Shown one piece after another: positions 1 to 10,359 of a DNA stretch of 64,000 bases. The position numbers were made by a program, and so were the translations under genes. The stretch lies in IMG/VR virus record IMGVR_UViG_3300023687_000086, one strand, 5' to 3'. The notes under the pieces were generated by a model. That model was not told where the DNA came from and did not search any database. It worked only from the letters and a program-made list of their open reading frames with translations. Origin of the DNA: an uncultured virus (IMG/VR IMGVR_UViG_3300023687_000086). Lineage: Duplodnaviria; Heunggongvirae; Uroviricota; Caudoviricetes. Position 1 is the first letter of the stretch. Each line of letters opens with the position of its first letter.

Positions 1-178
1 TTCTTTCTTTTTTGAAAAATAACCAAAAAGAAAGGGACTTTTCAAGATTTTTCATCTTGACATATCACCGCTAGACTTTCATAGCACGAAATACTTTGTT
101 ACATGTTAAATATGGTTCGGTTTTACACACTCAAAACTGATATAATAGAACCATAACAAACGTATATTAGGAGGAAAA

Positions 179-892
179 ATGAAAGACGTAACCACATTAA
201 CGGAACAAATGTTGGCTGCCATTTTCAATAGCAGTATTTTCAATGGAATCGAAATCACAACAATATCTGAACTACTCCGCTCCGATTACATCACACTTAA
301 GCAATTTAAACCTGGAGATACGATTCTTAAGGTCGGTTCTAAAGTGAAGCGATTATATTTAGTATTAGAAGGAACTGTTTGCTCTTGTAGAACGAATTAT
401 TGGAATGAATCATCTAATGTAGAACGTTTCTATTCAGGCAGCTTCATCGGTTTGGAATCGTTTATGGATCCTGATAAGGTTCGTAGACTTGAATATAATT
501 ATCAGGCCATAATGGATACGGAGAAAAAGAAACAGCAGCTCGTATCCGTCCTCGTAATCGATGTTAATGGTATAACTGCGGACCCTCAATTTTCGGGTGA
601 AACAATGTGGAATCAGAATTTGTTGCGCATCTATACGAATCGAATTAATGCGCTCCAAGATCTTACATACGAACTGGTGCAGCAAACTCAAGCTGATAAA
701 GTCAAGGCGTTTTTAACAAATCAGGCCCGCCAGTTCAAAACGAATAAGATCCACATCAATTTAGACCGCCAGGCTATGGCTAATCGATTTGGACAAGATC
801 GAGCATCGATTGCGGTCGTAATGTCATCGTTACAAAAGAAGAACCTATTTACGTATCACAAAGGGGACTTCGAGTTATTTGATAAAAATTAA
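179..892 (+). CDS. Crp/Fnr-family transcriptional regulator
   Basis: cNMP-binding-like N-terminus (FKPGDTILKVG...LYLVLEGTV) and C-terminal HTH (RQAMANRFGQDRASIAVVMSSL); RBS AGGAGG. Confidence 0.8.
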   Translation: MKDVTTLTEQMLAAIFNSSIFNGIEITTISELLRSDYITLKQFKPGDTILKVGSKVKRLYLVLEGTVCSCRTNYWNESSNVERFYSGSFIGLESFMDPDKVRRLEYNYQAIMDTEKKKQQLVSVLVIDVNGITADPQFSGETMWNQNLLRIYTNRINALQDLTYELVQQTQADKVKAFLTNQARQFKTNKIHINLDRQAMANRFGQDRASIAVVMSSLQKKNLFTYHKGDFELFDKN

Positions 893-1108
893 CAAGTGGT
901 AGTATATTTGCAATCGATTTCATTGTGCAAATAATTATTTCAACATTTTATCAAAAAGCGTCATTTTCGTGCACAGATGTGTAGAAATTTACGCGAAAAT
1001 AAGTCATATTTTTTAAAGTATTTTTAAGGTAATACCTATATAATATAGTTGTTGATAACGATTCTTCTTTTTATTTGTTATACGTTATTAAGCACATTAC
1101 ACACACAT

Positions 1109-1162
1109 GGAGGCGCGGCTTGCGTCTCTTTTTTTTGCGCTTCTTCTTTATTCCATATTTAA
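1109..1162 (+). promoter_or_regulatory. Terminator hairpin + T-tract + CCATATTTAA module (plus-strand copy of class-1 motif)
   Basis: GGAGGCGC-GGCTT-GCGTCTCT then T-run, CCATATTTAA at 1153-1162, RBS GAAAGGAG at 1189-1196. Confidence 0.65.
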
Positions 1163-1203
1163 TACGTAACCAATCAAACCTCATTCACGAAAGGAGAAAA
1201 AAT

Positions 1204-1350
1204 ATGGATGAGAAGATTACAAGAGCAATTGTTAATACTGAGAAGTTTGTAGAAAGTGTTATTGAACTGAACGAATTTGCTGAAACACCGGTTTGCGCCG
1301 GATTCGAGTATGATTTCAATATCCATGACATATTAAAAGGGGCTGCATAA
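1204..1350 (+). CDS. Small hypothetical protein (48 aa)
   Basis: Strong RBS GAAAGGAG before ATG 1204; ORF-track start 1075 is probably over-extended. Confidence 0.6.
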   Translation: MDEKITRAIVNTEKFVESVIELNEFAETPVCAGFEYDFNIHDILKGAA

Positions 1351-1386
1351 TTGCAGCCTCTTTTCTATTGCGCTATAATAAGCTTC

Positions 1387-1653
1387 ATGAATCAGCAGCT
1401 CGTATTTAACCACAGACAAAATCTATTCATTAACTGGTGTATGGATCACATCCCGTTCATAACGTTCCTAGAGTCAGAAAGCGGAATGTTGGATGATCCA
1501 TTTACTAAGCAGCATATTGCCGGCGTATTTTATTATAAGGCACCAGCAATTGTTTCGATTATTATAGATTTGATTGTAGATTGCCTATCGGACGAAGATT
1601 CGGCCCGAAATGAGGCAAAATGTATTCAGTACAACTACATTGAGCAGATATAA
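1387..1653 (+). CDS. Hypothetical protein, possibly leaderless
   Basis: TTGCAG-17-TATAAT promoter at 1351-1379 directly before ATG 1387. Confidence 0.45.
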   Translation: MNQQLVFNHRQNLFINWCMDHIPFITFLESESGMLDDPFTKQHIAGVFYYKAPAIVSIIIDLIVDCLSDEDSARNEAKCIQYNYIEQI

Positions 1654-1665
1654 GAAAAGAGGCCA

Positions 1666-2163
1666 TTAACTGGCCTCTTTTGTGTTCTTTAATTCAGGGA
1701 CCTTTTTAAGGTCCTTTTTGACTTCCCATAGGTGATATGTAACGTATGGTGTATTGTATTGCTTTGTTACATTCTCAACTCTGGATACATCATCTTGGTA
1801 CGCATCAAACACCCGCATCCAAAACTTACGGGCACCTTTATTCATGTTTAAAATAAACAGGCCGCACCGTCCCGGATTATTAGCAAACAGGTTCTCAACG
1901 GCACGGAAAACGATGCCCTTTTCACGATAATCTGGATGCATGTATGTTTCCATGATCATGTAATCTGCATCTGGAGGGCAATGCTCTCCATTTACGACCA
2001 AAATGAATCCTACGACTTCCGGGCCGTAGTATAAATCGATCCAGGTAAGATCACTAAAACCAGACACTTCATGGTAATCTTTCAATGAATCTCGGTTTCT
2101 AAGCTGCGGATTGAAGAAACATAATTCTTCAATGTAGCTACGATATAATCGTTCTCTAGTCAT
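1666..2163 (-). CDS. GNAT-family acetyltransferase
   Basis: YMHPDYREKG acetyl-CoA motif and N..ARKFW motif. Confidence 0.75.
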   Translation of the reverse strand: MTRERLYRSYIEELCFFNPQLRNRDSLKDYHEVSGFSDLTWIDLYYGPEVVGFILVVNGEHCPPDADYMIMETYMHPDYREKGIVFRAVENLFANNPGRCGLFILNMNKGARKFWMRVFDAYQDDVSRVENVTKQYNTPYVTYHLWEVKKDLKKVPELKNTKEAS

Positions 2164-2169
2164 GCTGTT

Positions 2170-2583
2170 CTAGCTCCACATGGACTCGGAAGACTCATAT
2201 GCCTGCTCATCCACTTCTTCCATTTCAGTGAATCGAACCTCAGTGGCATTGATTCGCAATACGCCACGGGCTTCTCCCTTTGAATCGATATACGTAGAAA
2301 TTCCAGAAACAGATCCTGTTACATCGATATAATCACCTGGCTTAGGTGCATTCTCCTTGCTAAAATCCGTCTGAGTAACAATCTTAGCGTCTCCGCAGAA
2401 AATAGCAACTTCTACGTTCATTGCCGGCTTCTTCTGATGGTTTGCATCGTAACCACAGTTCTTATAGCCATTAATAATGACCAAATTCTTAGATACCTGC
2501 TTAATTGCCTTTCGATTATCAAAATCATTTGAAATTCGAATAGTCATGGTTAAATCGTTCTTATACTTAGGTTTAGTTCCCAT
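2170..2583 (-). CDS. OB-fold single-stranded DNA-binding-like protein
   Basis: KPGDYIDVTGSV...YIDSKGEARGVLRINATEVRF and acidic C-tail typical of SSB. Confidence 0.55.
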   Translation of the reverse strand: MGTKPKYKNDLTMTIRISNDFDNRKAIKQVSKNLVIINGYKNCGYDANHQKKPAMNVEVAIFCGDAKIVTQTDFSKENAPKPGDYIDVTGSVSGISTYIDSKGEARGVLRINATEVRFTEMEEVDEQAYESSESMWS

Positions 2584-2595
2584 TAATACTCCTTT

Positions 2596-3315
2596 CTACA
2601 TGTGTTCTAATACAGAATCAATAACTGATTCATCAACGGTTACATTTGATAGTGCCGAATTGATCTTAAACCCATGGGCTTCATTTACGCACACCTGGTA
2701 AGAAGATACCTTGCCATCAAAACCATTTGCCTTTAATTTACTGCAAAAATCAACGGCACAATTCTGCGCTTCCTCTTCTGACATCGCTACTCCATACATT
2801 TGAACATACAAAACGTCATCCTCGAAGCAAAGTTTAAGGCCGTCGTTTTTATATTCATCAGCCACGTACTGATAGATCTCGCTTGTATCTGCAGATAATG
2901 ATGCAGATACTTCTTCATACGTTACATTCGTTCCAGCAATATCGATATACCCAATAATGCTTTCCGGGAAACCATTCTCGTCACAATTGACATACTGGCC
3001 GCCCTTGGTGATATCAGAGAATGGGAAATAAATACCCGTTCCATCATCAAACATAAAAGTCGTATATTCTTTGCTATCTGCTAAACCACTATCCAAAGTT
3101 GGTTTTACGGCATTTAAGAACCCAGCCGCATCCATTCCTTCGAACCGCGTTTTATCTGCATGGACAACGATATACGCATTCGAATCGTTTTTGCTTGTTT
3201 CTATTGCAGGTTCTGGCTGCTGTGTGCTTTTCTCGCTTAAATTAATATAAAACGATGTTGCAACGATTCCAGCGATTAGAATACCTCCTACAACTAAATA
3301 CCAACGATTTTTCAA
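2596..3315 (-). CDS. Membrane-anchored/secreted hypothetical protein
   Basis: N-terminal hydrophobic helix, RBS GGAGG. Confidence 0.65.
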   Translation of the reverse strand: MKNRWYLVVGGILIAGIVATSFYINLSEKSTQQPEPAIETSKNDSNAYIVVHADKTRFEGMDAAGFLNAVKPTLDSGLADSKEYTTFMFDDGTGIYFPFSDITKGGQYVNCDENGFPESIIGYIDIAGTNVTYEEVSASLSADTSEIYQYVADEYKNDGLKLCFEDDVLYVQMYGVAMSEEEAQNCAVDFCSKLKANGFDGKVSSYQVCVNEAHGFKINSALSNVTVDESVIDSVLEHM

Positions 3316-3342
3316 ATTAATTCCTCCAATCCGTTCGAGGTG

Positions 3343-3576
3343 TTATCCTCTCTTCTTCTCGAAAAACATAGCTAACTTATAAGCCAGCTTGTCGCAAAGA
3401 TCAGACTTAATGAACAAAAGTACTCCAACAACAGCAATGAACCATACACAAGCGCCAGTCAAAATTGCCATATTATAGCCATAGGATCCAACGTACTGTA
3501 CATGAGTCATCTCATAATAAGTAACGCTTACACGCTCCATAACCTCTGCTGCCATTCTACTTAAAGTCTCTAACAT
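3343..3576 (-). CDS. Small membrane protein
   Basis: One TM segment, RBS AAGGAG. Confidence 0.6.
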   Translation of the reverse strand: MLETLSRMAAEVMERVSVTYYEMTHVQYVGSYGYNMAILTGACVWFIAVVGVLLFIKSDLCDKLAYKLAMFFEKKRG

Positions 3577-3723
3577 ATTAACTCCTTCCCGGACGTAAAA
3601 TTCGTCCCTTAACCATTTTTTCTGTCATAATGTTTATACGTTGTGTTCGTATACTTATATGACGCAAACCAATTTTTTAAAGTTTTATATATCCAAAAAA
3701 TAATTAGTTTTCTCTTTTACCTA

Positions 3724-3757
3724 TAATACGTATCATTAGAAACCATTTTGTGACAAA
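3724..3757 (-). promoter_or_regulatory. Class-2 34-bp motif (TTTGTCACAAAA-N8-AATGATACGTATTA), copy 1
   Basis: Near-identical copies at 8362, 43703, 50261, 60655. Confidence 0.7.
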
Positions 3758-3811
3758 CTTTTTCATTTTTCACGTATTTTTTTAAAAGACGACAAAGGCC
3801 CCGAAAACGGC

Positions 3812-4444
3812 TTATTTAATGCGGGTCTTTTCGATATCTCTCTTGCACATGCTTATATGATTCTTAATGTAGTCATATGTTTTCGGACATGATACTTTTA
3901 GAGCTTCATTGTTAAGTACATATTTTTGGAATGATTCTGCAAAGAACTCTGCTGGCGACGAAACGTTTGCTTCCGCACACTCCGGAAACGCTTCTTGAAA
4001 CAACTCTCGTTCTGCGTTATAGATTTCAATACTATCTGCTTCTTTTGACGGAAATCCCTGTATATAGTCTACAGCGTGCCATGTTTCATGGACCAACGAA
4101 TCGATTCTGTCTTCTGGAAGATAAATGATATGGTTGTCGTACACGGTAAGTCCAATGATCTTTTCGTCGTATCCATATCGCATCGCAAGGTACGCCATTT
4201 CATCTTCGGAATCTACAATATAGCCCCACTGATGGACCATTAACAGCTGCGTCACTTCGCTCGGAAGTACATCCAGATAATTTTGCAGCGTCTCCGAACT
4301 GTTTTCGCCGGCTTTTACATGAAGTTCTTCCATCTTTGCATCTGTAGTATATTGCACGTCTTTTTTGGCATAAAAAGTGGCACCACTTAAGAGGGATGCC
4401 ATGAATGCAAGAACTACGAACGCTTGCAATATTCTATTTCTCAA
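3812..4444 (-). CDS. Secreted zinc metallopeptidase, anthrax lethal-factor (ATLF)-like domain
   Basis: Signal peptide, HETWH (HExxH) and EFFAESF...CPKTYDYI motifs. Confidence 0.7.
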   Translation of the reverse strand: MRNRILQAFVVLAFMASLLSGATFYAKKDVQYTTDAKMEELHVKAGENSSETLQNYLDVLPSEVTQLLMVHQWGYIVDSEDEMAYLAMRYGYDEKIIGLTVYDNHIIYLPEDRIDSLVHETWHAVDYIQGFPSKEADSIEIYNAERELFQEAFPECAEANVSSPAEFFAESFQKYVLNNEALKVSCPKTYDYIKNHISMCKRDIEKTRIK

Positions 4445-4477
4445 CGGTACTCCTCCTTTCGTTGTATTAACGAAGGA

Positions 4478-4576
4478 TTAACAATCTAAGAAACGATGTC
4501 TTCCGTTCCAGATAATTGTAGCCATAACAAACAGTACATATGGGCAAATTCCAAATAACAATACGATTCGTTTCAT
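4478..4576 (-). CDS. Small hydrophobic peptide (32 aa)
   Basis: MKRIVLLFGICPYVLFVMATIIWNG..., RBS AAGGAGG, directly downstream of class-1 motif at 4599. Confidence 0.45.
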   Translation of the reverse strand: MKRIVLLFGICPYVLFVMATIIWNGRHRFLDC

Positions 4577-4677
4577 AAAACAATCCTCCTTTATGCCTTT
4601 AAATATGTAACGTGTTTGTGGAAACAAAAAATGCCCCCAACCGAATCGGTTGAGAGCATTTGTGCTTCGTAAATTTC

Positions 4678-6729
4678 TTATGAAGATAACTTCATATTCA
4701 TTTGGCCTTTTAAAGTTCCATTAAGCGCGGCTGCGATGACAGCTGCCTTTTTGTCAGCACGCTTCTGACGCGCCTTCTCGTTGTTCTTCTTACGACGCTC
4801 CTCCAGCATCAAAGCAACTTCCTGACGGTATGCCATGCATTCGGCTTCCCAAACGGATGTGTCACCATCGCGGGCTACGTACAACTCACGTAAGAACTGA
4901 TTGAACACTTCACCATCAAAGTCGTTCTTGTAAGTAACATAGGCTCCGGTACAGTACAGCAACTTCTTTGCACGGGTCATTGCAACGAAGATAAGTCTTC
5001 GCTCCTCTTCCACCTCGAGCTTCGCACTTGGTTTGTGGTACTGGTTGTTATCGAAATCGTCCATCAAGCAAAATACACAATCGTACTCCAGACCCTTAGA
5101 AGAGTGAGCCGTAGTAAGAATGAAATCAGCTACATAGTCCTTTTTCATCTTAAGTTCTACCTTCTGGCCGTATAACTTGAATTTACGGATTGACTCATAA
5201 ATCCAGAATGGCTCGTTATTTACGGACCCTTCCTTCTGGCAACCGGTTAAGGCTTCCTGGTAAATCATATCCTTCCAAGCCATGTACAGCTCATCGTCCT
5301 TATCCAAGGAATCGAGTAACTCATGCATTCTCTGACGCTGAGTGTACGCACTCTTTGTCTTTAGATTCGTAATCTCGAATCTCATTGCCTCAATTGCCTG
5401 CTTCTGCTCCGATTCAGATAAATCCTTAAACAGATTATCATTAACTACGGTCAAATAGTCGTAGATACCCTGAGTAGACTCCTCATCACCGAAACACTCA
5501 AACAGGTTCGTTGCTGCAATAACACGAGTGTTTTCGCACAACTTCATTGGAGCTTTCATAACCCATGTCTGATCAGCCTTGGACAACGCCTGTGAAACGT
5601 TAGCAAGGTTTTTCTTATTACGAGTCATAAAGCAAATCGTCCAATCCGGATGATCCTTACGAACCTGTACAGCTTCTTCGATGCAATAAGCTAACTCTTC
5701 GTCCCAGTTCTTAAATCCCTTAAAGGTGACATTCTCTCCAGGACCATTAGCTGCAACAAGCTGCTTCACCACACGTTCCTCGTTATTCGCAACGAATGTG
5801 TTGGACGGATCCAAGATGTTAGATGTGGAACGATAATTATTAACCAGGTTGAAATGATCCACCGGATCCGAAGCGAACTCATCACGTTCGTGAATCTTCT
5901 CTTCAAAATGATTAAAATTATCTACGATCGCATTTCGGAACGAATAGATAGACTGATCAGAATCACCGATAACGAGGATTGACTTAATGGTTCCGCCATG
6001 AATATCACGGCAGCCCTGCAATCGACGAACGAATTCCATGTTGAAATCATTGGAATCCTGAAACTCATCAATAACGACGTGCCAAAATCCAAGACTGTTC
6101 AAATAGTCCGGATGCAAGTCCAACAGGCTGATACCAATTGGCTCCTGGTCGGCGAATGTGATAAGTCCCTCGGCCTTTAAAATGGATTCATACTCAACGT
6201 ACACATCAAACAACTTCTGATATGCAGCGTCACTCGAGATTTTACCATCATAGCCGGCATCCTTCATAGCGGTTTCGAGTTCAGTTGCATCTTCCAGGTG
6301 CAGCTCCTTAATCAAATTAAAGGCTGCGAATGCGATTGGTAACGCACCCTGTGCTCCTTTTGCACCCATGTTCATAGATACCGGAATCTCATAGTTGATG
6401 CCCGGAATCTGATTCTCGCCGGTTACGAGTGGCAATACCTTGTCGACCTGTCGGATCGGATTCACGTCTACAACCGTCGGCTGTACCGCGTAATCTAAAT
6501 CTTCATAGAACTTATGCAAAAGATCCATATCAAACGCGTTGAATGTGAGTACCGGTAACAAACTTGTATCGATGTTATAACCACGACCCAAGCACTTACC
6601 AGCAATACGGTCCGCCATCTCCTTAGTTGCCGCGTCCGTAAAGGTGATGTGTAAGAAGTGCGAAAGAATCTGTGATAACCACTGTTCTTTCTGTTCCTGC
6701 GTCGCTACACGCTTTTTTGTTTCTGCCAT
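4678..6729 (-). CDS. UvrD/PcrA-like SF1 helicase lacking Walker A (motifs Ia-VI only)
   Basis: ITFTDAATKEM (Ia), VIDEFQD (II), GDSDQSIYSFR (III), NYRS (IV), TAHSSKGLEY (V), EERRLIFVAMTRAK (VI); no GxxGxGKT. Confidence 0.85.
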   Translation of the reverse strand: MAETKKRVATQEQKEQWLSQILSHFLHITFTDAATKEMADRIAGKCLGRGYNIDTSLLPVLTFNAFDMDLLHKFYEDLDYAVQPTVVDVNPIRQVDKVLPLVTGENQIPGINYEIPVSMNMGAKGAQGALPIAFAAFNLIKELHLEDATELETAMKDAGYDGKISSDAAYQKLFDVYVEYESILKAEGLITFADQEPIGISLLDLHPDYLNSLGFWHVVIDEFQDSNDFNMEFVRRLQGCRDIHGGTIKSILVIGDSDQSIYSFRNAIVDNFNHFEEKIHERDEFASDPVDHFNLVNNYRSTSNILDPSNTFVANNEERVVKQLVAANGPGENVTFKGFKNWDEELAYCIEEAVQVRKDHPDWTICFMTRNKKNLANVSQALSKADQTWVMKAPMKLCENTRVIAATNLFECFGDEESTQGIYDYLTVVNDNLFKDLSESEQKQAIEAMRFEITNLKTKSAYTQRQRMHELLDSLDKDDELYMAWKDMIYQEALTGCQKEGSVNNEPFWIYESIRKFKLYGQKVELKMKKDYVADFILTTAHSSKGLEYDCVFCLMDDFDNNQYHKPSAKLEVEEERRLIFVAMTRAKKLLYCTGAYVTYKNDFDGEVFNQFLRELYVARDGDTSVWEAECMAYRQEVALMLEERRKKNNEKARQKRADKKAAVIAAALNGTLKGQMNMKLSS

Positions 6730-6834
6730 AATATTCTCCTTTCATAGTTGGCATATATTTTTGCGTACTTAAATATGTGATTGTTGTGTGGGTACAAAAA
6801 AAAAGAGGCTAATAAGTAGCCTCTTCGTTTACGG

Positions 6835-8340
6835 TTATACAGTCATCGGCGCATAATATTCGTATTCATCTAAGAACGGATTATGATTTGTAATATATTC
6901 GTTCGGATGCACTAAGAAATCCTCAACGATCTCATCAATCATGTCAATCTGATCATGACGAATATGAAGCATCGGGATGTTCATATATTCCCATAAAGAC
7001 TGTTTGATAAAGTCCGCATTAAGACGTCTCATAAAATCTTCGAGCGTCTTGAAGAAGTATTCGACGATTTTTTGATGCTGAATACCATCAAATTCAATCA
7101 CGCCAGTAATTCCGTTATTTTCGTAAAGAACAAAATCCGGACGTAACCTTGCAATTCTCTGTTTCGTCCACTCAATTCCGCGTTCCGATAGGTCTTCTTG
7201 AAGTGCCGTTAAGAAGTCATTCCAATCAACATCAACATGGAGTTCCTTGAATATAGTTTTGATTGTACAGTCGTGATAAAAGGTTACATTATGACGTTTC
7301 AAACATTCTGCAACACGGTATTCTCCAATATGCATATGAGACGGAATTGTAAGGGCTTCTTGTAGTGACCAGCCACGTTCAATTCGTTTGTTAAACATCT
7401 TATATTGTACTTTGTACTCATCGCACATCTTTTTAATTGACGGAAAGACTTTTCCATTGTGATCCGTTACTACTTTTTTTCTTGGATACACAGGCATCGA
7501 TAAAGCATCTTCGATAGAATGGCCACGACTTAATCTTGAGCGAACTAACGAATAACTAATATTATTGATGCTACATAATTTCTTAATGGAAGAATCATTG
7601 GAAGTATTATGAAGAATATTATCTATAGCTTCTTCAATAGAGTGGCCACGATTTATTCTTTGACGAACCGTGTTTATATTTATATTTTTGGCTGTACACA
7701 ATTCATCTAATGATGCATATCTTTGCCCGTTATATAATACGGATTTCTTTTTATTGGTTGTCTTCGGTGGCATAGTTAATGCATCACGCACTGACATTCC
7801 CTGTGATATTCTTCGTCGGTAAGTGCATTTCGAAATATGATAATGCTGGCACATGGAGGCTTCACTAGCATACTCGTTACCAAAATGGTCAAAACATGTC
7901 CATGATTCTCCTCTTTTAGGCGTCGTTAATGCCTCCTCTATTGTCATCCCAGCTTTAATTCTATCGCAATATGATTGTCTGGATATATGCCAATATTTAG
8001 CCATTTCATTAAGTGAGTTAAAAGTATTACCAAGATGATCCTTAACAACTATTGGCGTCCTGTATTTTGGTGCGGTTGCGGCCTTTTCTGCAGACCATCC
8101 ATAACGGCGTATTCGTTGGTACAACAAGTCGTCTCGTATTCCAGATTTTTTACACATTGCTTCTATTTCATATGTTTTAATTCGGTTCCGATTAACAGGA
8201 AGTTCCAATGAATCTTTTAATGACAACCCTTTGTCTAGGCGATGCTGAAGTGTTCTCGGATTCACCCCGTAAAAAGCACACATATCTTTTATTGAGCTAT
8301 ATACATTTCCTAAATGATCTCTACATTCTTTCTTTGACAT
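6835..8340 (-). CDS. Tandem HTH-repeat protein with C-terminal PD-(D/E)xK (Vsr/DUF559-like) endonuclease
   Basis: About 7 repeats of DHxGxxYxSxxxMCxxYxI...RIxxGxSxxxAL(T)xP; C-terminal LRPDF...IEFDGIQH. Confidence 0.7.
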   Translation of the reverse strand: MSKKECRDHLGNVYSSIKDMCAFYGVNPRTLQHRLDKGLSLKDSLELPVNRNRIKTYEIEAMCKKSGIRDDLLYQRIRRYGWSAEKAATAPKYRTPIVVKDHLGNTFNSLNEMAKYWHISRQSYCDRIKAGMTIEEALTTPKRGESWTCFDHFGNEYASEASMCQHYHISKCTYRRRISQGMSVRDALTMPPKTTNKKKSVLYNGQRYASLDELCTAKNININTVRQRINRGHSIEEAIDNILHNTSNDSSIKKLCSINNISYSLVRSRLSRGHSIEDALSMPVYPRKKVVTDHNGKVFPSIKKMCDEYKVQYKMFNKRIERGWSLQEALTIPSHMHIGEYRVAECLKRHNVTFYHDCTIKTIFKELHVDVDWNDFLTALQEDLSERGIEWTKQRIARLRPDFVLYENNGITGVIEFDGIQHQKIVEYFFKTLEDFMRRLNADFIKQSLWEYMNIPMLHIRHDQIDMIDEIVEDFLVHPNEYITNHNPFLDEYEYYAPMTV

Positions 8341-8361
8341 GTTTACCTCCGTTTCAATATT

Positions 8362-8395
8362 AAATACGTATCAATCGACCCTCTTTTGTGACAAA
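8362..8395 (-). promoter_or_regulatory. Class-2 34-bp motif, copy 2
   Basis: AAATACGTATCAAT-CGACCCTC-TTTTGTGACAAA (plus strand) just upstream of the endonuclease gene. Confidence 0.7.
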
Positions 8396-8429
8396 AAAAA
8401 AGAGCCCCAACATGGAGCTCTTCTTTTTG

Positions 8430-8687
8430 TTACTTACCCAAAACTTCTTTTAGATACGCAGCTTTCTTGTTGCCAGTTGCAGCAGGACGAGGGTGAACAG
8501 TTCCAAAACTTGGTTTCGGAGTTTGTCTGGTCTTTTGGCCAGTTACTAGTTCAACTTCACATAACGGGTCAAACCAACCACTATCCATGTCATCGTTGAA
8601 CTCTTTTCCGCCCTTTTCTTCTGCCTCGGCAATACTGTTAGCCTCTACTTCGTACTCACTAACGAATCGAACACGGTACTTAGCCAT
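8430..8687 (-). CDS. Hypothetical protein
   Basis: ORF with RBS AAGGAGG. Confidence 0.6.
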   Translation of the reverse strand: MAKYRVRFVSEYEVEANSIAEAEEKGGKEFNDDMDSGWFDPLCEVELVTGQKTRQTPKPSFGTVHPRPAATGNKKAAYLKEVLGK

Positions 8688-8699
8688 TACATTACCTCC

Positions 8700-8855
8700 T
8701 TAAATACGATCAGCGGCTTCTCTAAGTTCATCCGCACTGTATCCCATGAGAGGTACGCGTTCCCATTCGCCGTATTCTTCAACGAGCTCTGCCTCCTGGA
8801 TAAGGTCATCACGTGTAAAGCCATGAACTTTAACAATCTTCATTAACTCATCCAT
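8700..8855 (-). CDS. Small hypothetical protein (51 aa)
   Basis: MDELMKIVKVHGFTRDDLIQ..., TAATG overlap with upstream gene. Confidence 0.5.
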   Translation of the reverse strand: MDELMKIVKVHGFTRDDLIQEAELVEEYGEWERVPLMGYSADELREAADRI

Positions 8856-9628
8856 TACGCAAATACCGCCTTAAACGCATCGGCATTTGGCCCAGGAATA
8901 ACAGCGAATACTACCTTCTCAAAGGAATAATCGTATTCATCCAAAAGGGTCTTAAAAATAGATGCTACTTCATGAGCATCCTGATCAAACACGCCACATC
9001 CAAATGCACCAAGAATCGGAACCTTCACACCTTCATTCTCCATAATGTTCAAAACATAATAGATACGAGACTTAAGAACCTCATAATTCTCTTCTCTGGT
9101 TACCTTCTGGTATGTATGTGCAGCTTTGAAATTTGGAGCGGCACATGTGAGTACGTCGCAAAAAACGATATTGTCGTAGTCTCTAGCAAAAGCGATTTCC
9201 GGTGTATATAATGCACGGTTCTTATATAATGCACGATTCAATTCAGAACGATTCGGCTCGTAATAATCTGCCTCGAACTGTGAAAGTACGTTATATAAGG
9301 TACTCTCGGCGCATAAACACTCCTCCTGAGCAATTGAACCGGACAAATACATACCACCAGCCTGCTTATAAGATGCAAAATTCAATACGCATGCCTTGGA
9401 ACCCATCTCCGCATACTCTATAACGGCCGATACAGAGTCAATTTCTTCGACGATGCAAGGAATCCGATTGTCAGAGAAGCCCCTAGTAAGTGGTTCCTCA
9501 TCATAAATCGTTGCATTCTTAACGGATAGACTAATGCGTTCCGGGAAAATGCGGGCCATCTCATCTACGTGCCGTTTTGCAGCTGCGGCCTTTTCGTTTT
9601 TCTTGCTAAAATAGTTTTGATGTTTCAT
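8855..9628 (-). CDS. Microbial PARG-type macrodomain (TIGR02452/DUF2263 family)
   Basis: LNFASYKQAGG...AQEECLC and ILGAFGCGVF motifs. Confidence 0.85.
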   Translation of the reverse strand: MKHQNYFSKKNEKAAAAKRHVDEMARIFPERISLSVKNATIYDEEPLTRGFSDNRIPCIVEEIDSVSAVIEYAEMGSKACVLNFASYKQAGGMYLSGSIAQEECLCAESTLYNVLSQFEADYYEPNRSELNRALYKNRALYTPEIAFARDYDNIVFCDVLTCAAPNFKAAHTYQKVTREENYEVLKSRIYYVLNIMENEGVKVPILGAFGCGVFDQDAHEVASIFKTLLDEYDYSFEKVVFAVIPGPNADAFKAVFA

Positions 9629-9725
9629 AATTTATTCTCCTTTCAGCGAAACATTATTAGATACGTATTAAATATGGCGACAAATAAGCATAAAAAAAAA
9701 CGAGCCCAAAGGACTCGTTCTTTTC

Positions 9726-10256
9726 TTAGATTTCATATTCGCTATATACGATCTTCTCTCGGGATCTCGTCGCCGGAACATCAATAACGCGCTGATTTGA
9801 AGAACCTCTAAATTTTAAGCTGATATTCTTCTTATCAATCTGAAACTCGCCATCAACTAGGACGTCAATTATGGATAAAATAGCATCCGTATCATCACTA
9901 TGACACCGGGTATTGTTTGTGTCGGTTAGTTCCTCGTAAGTGTATCCGGAATAGATCCAAATAGTTTTGTCTGGCAGCTCCTCTTTGATTCGTTCTAGGA
10001 ACGGTCTAAGTGCCGCCTGATTCTGAACTTCCATCGGTTCCCCACCTAAGATCGTAAAACCATCGATATAATCTGGTTGGCTATCCTCGATTAACTGGTC
10101 TTGAACCTCTTTTGTGAATGGATTTCCGTATGAAAAATCCCAAGTCATAGAGTTAAAGCACCCTTTACAGTGATGCGTACATCCGGACACGAATAAACTG
10201 GTGCGACAACCTGGTCCGTTGGCCACGTCGAACATGTGAATATTTGCGTAATTCAT
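9726..10256 (-). CDS. nrdG: Anaerobic ribonucleotide reductase activase
   Basis: DVANGPGCRTSLFVSGCTHHCKGCFN, GGEP, FRGSSNQR; start moved to RBS-supported ATG 10256. Confidence 0.95.
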   Translation of the reverse strand: MNYANIHMFDVANGPGCRTSLFVSGCTHHCKGCFNSMTWDFSYGNPFTKEVQDQLIEDSQPDYIDGFTILGGEPMEVQNQAALRPFLERIKEELPDKTIWIYSGYTYEELTDTNNTRCHSDDTDAILSIIDVLVDGEFQIDKKNISLKFRGSSNQRVIDVPATRSREKIVYSEYEI

Positions 10257-10359
10257 ATATAATCTCCTTTCAAAATTACAGCATTTACGTACTAAATATG
10301 GATGCGTAAAGTTGGAATAAAAAAAAAGAGCCACACCACGTGACTCTTTTCATCCGTTA

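Noticed and set aside
1075..1203. N-terminal extensions of ORF-track calls running through terminator/promoter modules (also 10334, 13129, 25139, 43660, 45008, 45383, 60639)
   Set aside because: The true RBS lies downstream; extensions translate the T-tract
3724..3757. Class-2 motif as loxP-like site or CRP box
   Set aside because: Arms are not inverted repeats, cores differ between copies, and TGTGA lacks the partner TCACA
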